Source: a bacterium (lineage in GTDB: Bacteria > Zhuqueibacterota > Zhuqueibacteria > Residuimicrobiales > Krinioviventaceae). Taken from it: 64,000 bases of DNA. Of this stretch, positions 9,868 through 18,857 are shown one piece after another. Where the stretch lies: positions 1,718,252 to 1,782,251 of the forward strand of contig OY843751.1 of the NCBI GenBank assembly GCA_963693055.1. The letters run 5' to 3'. The notes below the pieces were generated by a model, which searched no databases, had not been told where the DNA came from, and worked only from the letters and a program-made list of their open reading frames with translations. The position numbers and the translations under genes are program-made. Position 1 is the stretch's first letter; every line of letters starts with the position of its first letter.

Positions 9868-12201
9868 ATGTTTAAAAGAATCAGCTTGTTAATCTTGATC
9901 ATTAGCTGCAGTCTTTTAGCGACAACCATTGATGACAAAGTATTGTTTTTGGATGGGGATGGAGATTATCTTCACCTACCGCAACCTATTGTCAATTCCA
10001 GTGCATTTACAATCGAGGGATATGCATATATGAATGGATCCGGAGGAGGTGTCTGGAGCCAGAATCCGTTTTTCCAACAGAGAAGCCCATATCTGGGGGA
10101 TGTTGATAGATCAACTTTGATTTTTGTAACAGAAAACCAACATGGTGAAATCGGTATGGGGGTGGCGTCCATTGGTTATTCTTATCAAGATTATCAGTAT
10201 AATCCCAGAGCCGATTACGGTGAGTGGCACCATTATGCATATGTAATTACCGGAGACAATGTTTGTATTTATCTAGATGGAGTAAAAATATTAGAAGATG
10301 TATGCAATCAACATGGTGATTATACATCAGAGATATATTTCACTGATATTGGTCGTCATACTATGGTTGATACTGATTATGGATTTTTTAATGGAATGCT
10401 AAATGAAATGCGAATTTGGAACAGGGAACTGAGCCAAAGTGAGATCCAGGAATTGAATTTGGGCCCGATTGATCTGGATACATTTGATTCATCTGAAAAA
10501 GGTCTTGTTGCTTATTGGCGTTTTGATGAAATTAAATATCTGGGCACGGAAGATGGTATTGTTCGGAGAATTGCGGATTTATCCGGAAATAACAATACAG
10601 GTACGCTTGTAGATGATGCTGTTATTATTGGTAATACCGAATCGATTAGTGCGAATAAAATCAAAGTAGAATCTGTAATATACAATGAAAATGATGTTGC
10701 GTTTGTTCCAATAAATGTTGATTTTTCTGAAATAACAGGATTTAACACAATCACTTTTAGTATTGAAAAGTCTGACAAGCTGGAACTACTTCAGATCATT
10801 CCTAATTCTCAACTTTTATCCATACCCAATACTGATATTACTTTTGAAAGTGTTGAAAATTCAACGGTGATAACCGTACAATGTAGTGAGCCCATTTTAC
10901 CAAAAGGTCTGCTTGTATGGTTGAAAATGTCTGTTCTTGATAATAACAGTGATTTTATCAATGTTAACCTTGATGCCGCAGAGGTTGGGGGACTTGGTGA
11001 AGCTCCATTGAAAATTTCAGGAGCTGTAGTAAAATCAACTGTAACCAAATCCGGAGACGTATATTACGATGGCATTGTTGATATGAATGATTGCAAAACA
11101 ATACTTGAACATGTATTGGGAATGTATGAAATTGATCCGGATTTGTTTAATGCTGCAGATGTTAATCAGGATGGTTCTATAACATCTCTGGATGCCAGTA
11201 TTATTCTACAATATATTAATGGACTTATTGATAACCTACCGGTGCCTTATACAACCAATATGTACCCCAGCTCAGGTTCTATCAATTTAGGAGATCCCAT
11301 CCCAGGAGCCGGTCAACTTGTTTCGATTCCAATTGTTATGAATCAAGGGGATAATATCTTTTCATTGTTTTGTGAAATAAGCTTTGATAGTGAGAATTAC
11401 ACCTTTAATGGATTTAATATGATTTACAATATCGTTCAATTATATTCACGTGTATCTGACGGTTGTTTAAAATGGAGTTTTGCACTGGCTGAACCTCTTT
11501 CAGGAAATGCTATTTTGGGTTATATGCAATTCACAAAAAATAATGTTGATGCCGGTAGTGCTATACTTGCAAGTGATATTTGCTTGAATGAAATCAATAG
11601 TACCGTCCCGGTAGAAATGTCCTCCTTTACGGCTTATAATGAGGATGGTTGTGTTTTACTCCAGTGGACAACAAAGACAGAAACCAATAATTTGGGATTC
11701 CATTTATATCGGTCAAGTACCTCAGAAGGTCCATGGACAAAAATTAATTCATCTATAATCCCAGGTAATTGCACTTCGTTAATAGAAAATAAATATACAT
11801 TTGTAGACACTGATATTGAAAATTTTTCAAAAGTTTATTATAAAATAGAGCAATTGGATACGGATGGCAGTACAGTTTCTTTTGGCCCCGTGGAACTGGA
11901 AGTTGGAGATGGTACTGTACCTAGTCGTTTTGCATTAAAACAAAATTATCCGAATCCATTTAATTCAAATACAATTATAGAATATAATGTACCCAGATCC
12001 GCTTATGTTAATGTTTCCATTTTTAATACAAGGGGACAATTGGTTAGGGAACTTTTAAATGCCAATCAATCAGCAGGGAATCATGATCTCGTGTGGCATG
12101 GAACTGATCAATTTGGCAATGTGGTCTCTTCCGGTGTTTATTTGGTAAGAATGACCGCGGGGAATTATAATAATACATTAAAAATGCTTTATGTGAAATA
12201 A
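9868..12201 (+). CDS. Secreted T9SS cargo protein with LamG/concanavalin-like domain, dockerin-like repeats and C-terminal T9SS sorting domain
   Basis: 777 aa; signal peptide; LNEMRIWNRELSQSEI (LamG-like); DVNQDGSITSLDASIILQYINGL (dockerin-like); C-terminal LKQNYPNPFNSNTIIEYNVP...GVYLVRM (T9SS type A sorting domain). Confidence 0.8.
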   Translation: MFKRISLLILIISCSLLATTIDDKVLFLDGDGDYLHLPQPIVNSSAFTIEGYAYMNGSGGGVWSQNPFFQQRSPYLGDVDRSTLIFVTENQHGEIGMGVASIGYSYQDYQYNPRADYGEWHHYAYVITGDNVCIYLDGVKILEDVCNQHGDYTSEIYFTDIGRHTMVDTDYGFFNGMLNEMRIWNRELSQSEIQELNLGPIDLDTFDSSEKGLVAYWRFDEIKYLGTEDGIVRRIADLSGNNNTGTLVDDAVIIGNTESISANKIKVESVIYNENDVAFVPINVDFSEITGFNTITFSIEKSDKLELLQIIPNSQLLSIPNTDITFESVENSTVITVQCSEPILPKGLLVWLKMSVLDNNSDFINVNLDAAEVGGLGEAPLKISGAVVKSTVTKSGDVYYDGIVDMNDCKTILEHVLGMYEIDPDLFNAADVNQDGSITSLDASIILQYINGLIDNLPVPYTTNMYPSSGSINLGDPIPGAGQLVSIPIVMNQGDNIFSLFCEISFDSENYTFNGFNMIYNIVQLYSRVSDGCLKWSFALAEPLSGNAILGYMQFTKNNVDAGSAILASDICLNEINSTVPVEMSSFTAYNEDGCVLLQWTTKTETNNLGFHLYRSSTSEGPWTKINSSIIPGNCTSLIENKYTFVDTDIENFSKVYYKIEQLDTDGSTVSFGPVELEVGDGTVPSRFALKQNYPNPFNSNTIIEYNVPRSAYVNVSIFNTRGQLVRELLNANQSAGNHDLVWHGTDQFGNVVSSGVYLVRMTAGNYNNTLKMLYVK

Positions 12202-12211
12202 GGAAAATTTT

Positions 12212-12269
12212 CCGGTATTTACAAGATGCTTTTCAAAAAAAGCAGATACTATAAATACCGGATTTTTTT
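12212..12269 (+). terminator. Terminator-like hairpin after the T9SS cargo gene
   Basis: 10-bp inverted arms ccggtattta / taaataccgg around a structured loop, followed by a run of seven T. Confidence 0.5.
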
Positions 12270-12415
12270 ACAAATTTATTAAGGGCTAAACTACGACATA
12301 TCGGCGACAGCGTAAGAGGTAGTTGATTTAAATTTTTGACCTGTATTATTGAATCAGGAATTGTAAATTCAGGGGTTCATTTCCGAGCGATAGTTTATAA
12401 GCAATTTAATATAAA

Positions 12416-13135
12416 TTATTCATTCAACAAATTTGCAATTTCTTTACTTATTTCATCTGCCAGTTTGTTATAGCCATCCTGATTATAGTGTACATTACCC
12501 TTGGATGCACTATACTTTTCAAGCTCTGGTTCAATCAGGTTATACAAGTCAATAACCGGGATATTGTTTTCTTGCATGATCTTTTTTGCAATATTGTTTC
12601 TATCAATTACAACCTGGTTTTTTTTTGGATCTAACTTTAGATCAGGTTCATCTGACGGGAAGGGAGTTGTCTAGGAATAGACCAGTTTGCAATTTCTGGA
12701 TTTTTCAGATTTAAGAAATTTAACAAATTTTCTCAAGCTCTTTTCATATTGGCTATTGTCAAGATGCTAGCCATGAAGTCCATTATTAAAATGTATTAAT
12801 ACATGGTTTTAATTTGCCATAGCAATTTTTGATTCAATCATCAATGATGGATCTGCAATGGATCTGGATGTGGCGTATCGATCGCAATTGCCTTGCGGCA
12901 GCTTTTCTGAAACTGCTTTATAGTATCCTCTTGAAATAGAATCCCCAATAAACAATACACGGGGCTTTTCTGTATCGGGTTCATTTGCCCACCAGAAATC
13001 GCACCACTCGATTTTTTCACGAATTACTTGTGCTTTCGTGCAACCTGCTATAATAAAACCCGTTAATAATATAAAATAAAGTGTTTTTGAAGAAATTATC
13101 CTGTTCCATTGAAACCCGGGCATCGCGTTTTTCAT
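12416..13135 (-). pseudogene. SGNH/GDSL hydrolase (lipoprotein-type signal) interrupted by three in-frame stop codons, no frameshift
   Basis: N-terminal fragment 12809..13135 has lipobox and RVLFIGDSISRGY block I; reading on in the same frame through TAA (12809-12811), TAG (12767-12769) and TAG (12671-12673) gives ...HVLIHFNNGLHG*HLDN...KLVYS*TTPFP...NVHYNQDGYNKLADEI..., ending at 12416. Confidence 0.75.
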
Positions 13136-13529
13136 TACTTATTCCTTTTAATTGTTAATTTTTCAGTATGTTTAAAAAGGAATAAAATAATTTGATAAAA
13201 ATCAATATAATATTTCATTGAAAAATACAGATCCATTTCAATCAAAATATATATCATTGCATTTTTCCGGTATTTGTGATATACTTACTAGTCACATGAG
13301 ATAATATATGTAAAGGGGGGGTAAATTAATCAAAGACAATATTACTGCATTCTCTGATAAGGTAGTGTAAGGATGGAAATTTATAAATATTAATGCGGGA
13401 AAATTATGATCTGTCTATAAATATTCCGGTTTATACGTTTGAGGCATGAAATATTTTTTAATCAATATCAATGTTTTTAAAAAGATTTAAGAGTAAGTTG
13501 GAATAAAAGATAATAATTTAAGGTACAAT

Positions 13530-14033
13530 GTGACAAAAATTTTTATGTATATATGGATTTTTCTCCTATTAGTAAATTTTATACTTTTATTTGTAAAGAT
13601 GTTTTCTATTTCTGAAACCCATGTTAAATTTGGAATAGGAATTAAATTTCTTTTTTTACATTTTTTTGTTATCATGTCTTTAGGATATTATTTTTCTGTC
13701 ATTGAACCATTTTTTTTGAATGGAAAAGAACCTAATCTGAACGCTACTATTCTGTTGCTATTTTCCATTTTGGGAGTTTATGTTGGATTTAGCTTTCGAT
13801 TTCAATGTAAGGGAAAGTATTATATATGGTTCAACGGCCTATATATTCGAAAAGTATCTTCCGATACCATCAAATATATTATTTTCTATGTGAAAAAGGG
13901 ACAAACACAAAAAATTAAGTTTGTTAGAGATGGAAAGAATATTACTTTTCGATTTGGGAATTATTTTGAATATGTTATTTATAAATTTGCACATGAAAAC
14001 AAAATTCATATAAAAAGAAAAAAATATAGTTGA
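13530..14033 (+). CDS. Orphan hypothetical membrane protein in a very AT-rich island
   Basis: 167-aa ORF with two N-terminal hydrophobic helices and a Lys-rich C-terminal part; strongly AT-rich compared with flanks; followed by its own terminator; start uncertain (GTG 13530 or ATG about 13545). Confidence 0.4.
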   Translation: MTKIFMYIWIFLLLVNFILLFVKMFSISETHVKFGIGIKFLFLHFFVIMSLGYYFSVIEPFFLNGKEPNLNATILLLFSILGVYVGFSFRFQCKGKYYIWFNGLYIRKVSSDTIKYIIFYVKKGQTQKIKFVRDGKNITFRFGNYFEYVIYKFAHENKIHIKRKKYS

Positions 14034-14045
14034 ATTTTAGTATGT

Positions 14046-14073
14046 ATAGATGGCGATTTGTCCATCTTTTTTA
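14046..14073 (+). terminator. Rho-independent terminator after the AT-rich orphan ORF
   Basis: agatgg-cgatttgt-ccatct hairpin followed by a T-run. Confidence 0.55.
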
Positions 14074-14172
14074 GGAAGTGTAAAGATTTTTGTGTAAATC
14101 ATGAACAAGGGTTCAATAACCCGTAGGGTTATTGAATTTCGATCGCTGATTGATTTGCACACACTTTTCCAA

Positions 14173-15505
14173 GGGACTGTAAATTCGCTTGTGTTTTAAA
14201 AACAAATATTACATTTTATTAAATACAGGAGAATTTACCAATGAAACTTACACCTGAAATTATTAAACAACTTGAAAAAGATTTTGAAAATTGCAAGACA
14301 GCAGACGATCTGCTGGGCAAAAATGGTCTGGTCAAGAATTTGATTAAGGGCATATCAGACCAAATTATGGAAGCTGAAATGACCCAGCACTTGGGCTATG
14401 AGAGACATTCTTCAGAAGGTGATAACAGTGGCAATAGTAGAAACGGTCACAGCAGCAAAACAGTGAAGACAGATTTTGGTGAAATTGACATCAAAATCCC
14501 CCGTGATCGGAATGGAGAATTTGACCCGGTACTTGTCAAAAAGCACCAGCGTGATCTGGGCAAAATAGATGAAATTATCGTTGCCTTATATGCCAAAGGT
14601 CTGAGTACAAGAGACATCAAAGACCACCTGGAAACACTTTACGGCCTGGACGCTTCCCCAACATTTATTTCCAATGTTACCGAACGGGTACGCGAGCTTG
14701 TCGTTGAATGGCAGTCAAGACCGTTGGATAGCGTTTATCCTATTGTTTATTTGGATGCTATCCACTATAAGATACGTGACGAAGGGCGTATTATAAACAA
14801 GGCCGCCTATACTGTACTGGGAATCAATGGTGAAGGCTTTAAGGATTTACTTGGTATTTGGATCGACCAGTCCGAGGGCGCCAATTTCTGGCTGTCTGTT
14901 TTAACCGATATACGAAACCGTGGGGTTGAAGATATTCTGATTGCATGCGTAGATGGGCTGAAAGGCTTTCCGGATGCTATTGCCAGCATTTTTCCCGATA
15001 CTGAAGTCCAGCTTTGTATCATCCATCAAATCCGTAACTCGCTTCGTTATGTTGCATCAAAACATCAAAAAGAATTTATCAAAGATCTGAAGCTGGTTTA
15101 TCAAAGCACAACTAAAGAAAACGCTGAACTGCAACTGGATCGCCTTGAACAAAAATGGGGGGTCAAATATCCCATTGTTATCAATTCCTGGAGAAAAAAC
15201 TGGGACAACCTGTCCAACTATTTTAAATATCCCGAAGAAATTCGGCGAATGATCTATACCACAAATAGTGTAGAGGCTCTGCACCGACAGCTTCGCAAAG
15301 TCACTAAAACCAAATCTCTGTTCCCCCACGATGATGCGTTGAAAAAAATGCTGTTTCTGGCCTACAGGGATATTGCTAAAAAATGGTCGCAGCCCATCAG
15401 AAACTGGGCCTTTGTTGTTTCTCAATTTTCTATTATATTTAAAGACAGGATGAAAATCCAAATATAGCACTACTATTCATTTACACAAAAAAGTTTACAG
15501 TCTCC
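14173..15505 (+). mobile_element. IS256-family insertion sequence, about 1.33 kb, with imperfect terminal inverted repeats
   Basis: Left end gggactgtaaattcgcttgtgt (14173-14194) matches the reverse complement of the right end (15483-15505, ggagactgtaaacttttttgtgt); single transposase ORF inside. Boundaries are approximate to a few bp; no clear target-site duplication seen. Confidence 0.7.
14241..15467 (+). CDS. IS256-family (mutator-type) transposase
   Basis: 408 aa with the typical IS256 transposase layout (YLDAIHYKIR, CVDGLKGFPDAI, CIIHQIRNS); RBS aggag upstream. Confidence 0.9.
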   Translation: MKLTPEIIKQLEKDFENCKTADDLLGKNGLVKNLIKGISDQIMEAEMTQHLGYERHSSEGDNSGNSRNGHSSKTVKTDFGEIDIKIPRDRNGEFDPVLVKKHQRDLGKIDEIIVALYAKGLSTRDIKDHLETLYGLDASPTFISNVTERVRELVVEWQSRPLDSVYPIVYLDAIHYKIRDEGRIINKAAYTVLGINGEGFKDLLGIWIDQSEGANFWLSVLTDIRNRGVEDILIACVDGLKGFPDAIASIFPDTEVQLCIIHQIRNSLRYVASKHQKEFIKDLKLVYQSTTKENAELQLDRLEQKWGVKYPIVINSWRKNWDNLSNYFKYPEEIRRMIYTTNSVEALHRQLRKVTKTKSLFPHDDALKKMLFLAYRDIAKKWSQPIRNWAFVVSQFSIIFKDRMKIQI

Positions 15506-15633
15506 TTTTTTATTTTTCATTAATTAGTTATATTTGATTTTTGTTTGATTATAGATTTATTCTCATTCTCAATCCTGAATAATATTGTATTTTCAGGCGT
15601 TTGTGATATACTATTTAAAAGTATTGAGGAAAG

Positions 15634-17283
15634 ATGAATACCGGAGCTGTATTACTTATCCATAAAAATGATAATGTTGCAGTGGCTCTGCGGCCACTTG
15701 TGGCAGGGGAGCGTGTCAATGCTGGGGATAAATCTGTTATTATAAAAAATGATATTCCTGCCAAGCATTCTATTGCTTTGCGGGACATGCCTGCATCAAA
15801 TCCTATAATTATGCACGGTATTTTGGTTGGCGAGACGACTTGTCCTGTTAAATCCGGAGAGCGTTTAGGTACACATAATCTCGTGCACAAGACCGCAGGG
15901 TTCGAGTATCGCGGAGTTGTGCAGCAATGGACGCCACCGGATGTGTCTACTCTGCAGGATTTAACCTTTATAGGCTATATGCGTAAAAATGGTTCTGTGG
16001 GTACGGCTAATAACTGGATTGTGGCGCCGCTGGTGTTTTGTGAAAATGAAAATATCCTGAAACTGAAAACGGCTTTTGAGGCTATTAACGGACTGCACGG
16101 ACGATCCCGACACCGTCAGCTTGCAGACCAGTTGTCCCATGCCTGGAGCTCCGGTACGAGTGTGGATGAATTGACATCACTTGATTTTACCTACAGTGCA
16201 GAATCTAACCAGTCCCTTTTCCCGAATGTGGACGGTATCAAGTTTCTTACGCATGAATCCGGTTGCGGTGGAACACGTAAAGACGCACATGATTTGTGCG
16301 CTCTTTTGGCGGGATACATCACGCATCCCAATACCGCCGGGGCGACTATACTCAGCCTGGGCTGCCAGAACGCTCAGATACTGGACTTATATGAAGCAAT
16401 TCATGCGCATGATCCTCAATTCAACAAACCTTTGTATATACTGGACCAGCAGCAGTACGGAAGGAGTGAATATTTGCTGGATGACGCTGTGTGTAAAACG
16501 TTTGCGGGACTCGTTGAGGCGAACGAAGCAGAACGGCAACCTGTACCTGTCAACAAACTGGTGATTGGTGTAGAGTGTGGAGGCTCTGACGGATTTTCCG
16601 GTATAACCGCTAATCCATTAATGGGCCGTATTGCTGACAGGATTGTCGCTGTTGGGGGCAGCGTGATTCTGGGCGAATTTCCCGAGTTTGGAGGTGCAGA
16701 GCAATCCCTGATCGATCGCTGCATGGATAAAGAGACAGCAGAACGGTTTATTAAGTTGTATCGGGATTATGAAGCGCGAGCCCGTTCGGTAGGTGCGGGA
16801 TTCGATATGAATCCGTCACCAGGTAACATTCGAGAAGGATTAATCACTGACGCCATGAAATCCGCCGGAGCAGTAACAAAAGGCGGCACATCGCCGGTAA
16901 CAGATATTCTTGATTATCCGGAATATGTTACTAAAGAAGGACTCAGTTTGCTGTTGACCCCGGGCAACGATGTGGAATCCACAACCGCGCTGGTAGCTGC
17001 CGGGGCAAATGTAGTGCTGTTCTCAACAGGACTCGGAACGCCCACGGGGAACCCAATTGTACCAGTGATCAAGATTGCCAGTAACACGCAGACTGCGCGA
17101 CGTATGGCAGATATCATTGATTTTGACGCTGGCGGGTTAATTGACGGGGGAAAATCCATGGAAGCATTGGCAGATGAATTGATCCAAATGATTATCAATA
17201 CTGCCGGTGGAGAGTATAATCCCAAAGCTGTACAAAACCACCAGGATGATTTTATCCCATGGAAGCGGGATGTTTCGTTGTAA
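15634..17283 (+). CDS. uxaA: Altronate dehydratase / galactarate dehydratase family (SAF domain plus D-galactarate dehydratase/altronate hydrolase C-terminal domain)
   Basis: 549 aa; N-terminal SAF-like segment, central HESGCGG and C-terminal FSTGLGTPTGNPIVPVIKI motifs typical of UxaA/GarD. Confidence 0.8.
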   Translation: MNTGAVLLIHKNDNVAVALRPLVAGERVNAGDKSVIIKNDIPAKHSIALRDMPASNPIIMHGILVGETTCPVKSGERLGTHNLVHKTAGFEYRGVVQQWTPPDVSTLQDLTFIGYMRKNGSVGTANNWIVAPLVFCENENILKLKTAFEAINGLHGRSRHRQLADQLSHAWSSGTSVDELTSLDFTYSAESNQSLFPNVDGIKFLTHESGCGGTRKDAHDLCALLAGYITHPNTAGATILSLGCQNAQILDLYEAIHAHDPQFNKPLYILDQQQYGRSEYLLDDAVCKTFAGLVEANEAERQPVPVNKLVIGVECGGSDGFSGITANPLMGRIADRIVAVGGSVILGEFPEFGGAEQSLIDRCMDKETAERFIKLYRDYEARARSVGAGFDMNPSPGNIREGLITDAMKSAGAVTKGGTSPVTDILDYPEYVTKEGLSLLLTPGNDVESTTALVAAGANVVLFSTGLGTPTGNPIVPVIKIASNTQTARRMADIIDFDAGGLIDGGKSMEALADELIQMIINTAGGEYNPKAVQNHQDDFIPWKRDVSL

Positions 17284-17495
17284 AAAAAGAAATGATGTTG
17301 TGGTTTCAAAGAGTACGATAAATTTAATAAATAATGTAACAAATAAACCACAAATATATTCGCCAGTAGGCGAACACGCGCTGACGAAAACAGATTTAAA
17401 ATGAATTTTCCTTCGACGAAATTTTATTTCGAGCGCAGTAATTAATTGCAATAATCATGGTGATTCCAGTTGTTAAAATATTTTGAATTGATAGC

Positions 17496-17930
17496 ATGAT
17501 CACGAATATTGGAGATATGGAAATGTTGGAGAAAAAATACGGTTCTTGTCTTTGTGGAAAAGTAAAATTTGAAATAGATGGGGAATTTGAAAATTTTTAT
17601 CTATGTCATTGTAAGCGCTGTCGTAAAGATACAGGCTCTGCACATGCTGCTAATCTTTTTTCAACAACTGCGAGTATAACTTGGATATCTGGGAAAGACC
17701 TTGTGAAAGCATATACGGTACCCAATTCACAGCATAAAAAAGCTTTTTGTTCTGAATGTGGTTCCGCATTACCCAATCTTCAAATGGATGGTGAGCTTTT
17801 AGTAGTACCTGCAGGCTGTTTGGATAGTTATTTGCCCATAGTACCGGATGCACATATTTTTGTTACCAGTAGAGCTGAATGGGATAACGATCTGGAAAAA
17901 TTGTCCAAATTTGACCAATTGCCAGAATAA
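17496..17930 (+). CDS. GFA family protein (glutathione-dependent formaldehyde-activating / CENP-V-like zinc domain)
   Basis: GSCLCGKV...CHCKRCRK...CSECGS cysteine pattern; true start may be the internal Met at about 17517. Confidence 0.7.
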   Translation: MITNIGDMEMLEKKYGSCLCGKVKFEIDGEFENFYLCHCKRCRKDTGSAHAANLFSTTASITWISGKDLVKAYTVPNSQHKKAFCSECGSALPNLQMDGELLVVPAGCLDSYLPIVPDAHIFVTSRAEWDNDLEKLSKFDQLPE

Positions 17931-17988
17931 TGTTTCAGTTTTTTTATATTTTTTTAAAATTACCTCTGGTTAAAATAAAAAAAATATT

Positions 17989-18768
17989 ATGAAAATAAAA
18001 TTATATTCGCCATCACTGCCATTGGCAGCGTATATAAAATATTTTTGGGTATTAGAATCCTGTGGAGAGACACATTCCGAATTGGTATATCCTACCGGAA
18101 ATTTTCAATTACTCTTTCATTACAAAATTCCTTTTTGCAATGTGTTTGCAAACGGAACGAAAATACCGCAGGCACAGTTCCTGGTGTCGGGACAGAAATC
18201 CAGTTATTCCAATGTAATGACATATCAGCAGCATGGCGTTGTTGGTGTGGAGTTGTATCCTTTTGCTGCATTTGCATTTTTCCCGTTTCCGTTATCTGAA
18301 TTTTTAAATCAGGCTCCAGAGTTGTCAGATATTTACAGTGATTGGAATCATTATATATGGGAATTCCTGGATTGTGAGAACGCACAGGAACGTATTCAAA
18401 TAGTTGAATCCTTTCTGAACAGCAAATTGTATAAAAGTGATCAAAGGGATTTTAGACTGGTACAATCCTGTTTGGTTGAAATGGCGAAGGAAAATGGTCA
18501 GATTGCTATTCATCAACTTGGGCAACAATACAATTTATCTGAACGATCTCTTGAACGGTTGTTCAATCAACAGGTTGGGATTTCCCCAAAGAAATATAGT
18601 GAGATTTTGAAATTTAATAACGCAATGGATCTGATCAAATCACAAACTCATTTGTCGCTTACTGAGATAGGGTATCTGTCCGGATATTATGATCAGTCTC
18701 ATTTTATTAAAAGCTGTAAGCAATATAGCGGACAAACCCCATCATCCCTTCGCAAACTCTGTGCATAA
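17989..18768 (+). CDS. AraC-family transcriptional regulator
   Basis: 259 aa; C-terminal AraC-type helix-turn-helix (LSLTEIGYLSGYYDQSHFIKSCKQYSGQTPSSLRK). Confidence 0.8.
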   Translation: MKIKLYSPSLPLAAYIKYFWVLESCGETHSELVYPTGNFQLLFHYKIPFCNVFANGTKIPQAQFLVSGQKSSYSNVMTYQQHGVVGVELYPFAAFAFFPFPLSEFLNQAPELSDIYSDWNHYIWEFLDCENAQERIQIVESFLNSKLYKSDQRDFRLVQSCLVEMAKENGQIAIHQLGQQYNLSERSLERLFNQQVGISPKKYSEILKFNNAMDLIKSQTHLSLTEIGYLSGYYDQSHFIKSCKQYSGQTPSSLRKLCA

Positions 18769-18857
18769 AATATTTGATTCCTTTTGTCGGGTTTTTACAA
18801 TTTTTTTTAGTTCGTATTCCATAATTTTACTGATGTTAAAATGAGGAGAATTGGATT

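Noticed and set aside
8139-13135. Pyrrolysine or selenocysteine recoding as the explanation for the in-frame stops
   Set aside because: The stops are TAG and TAA (no TGA), TAG falls at positions expected to be Trp, and housekeeping genes in the window end normally on TAA/TAG; a dedicated recoding system is unsupported by anything in the sequence.
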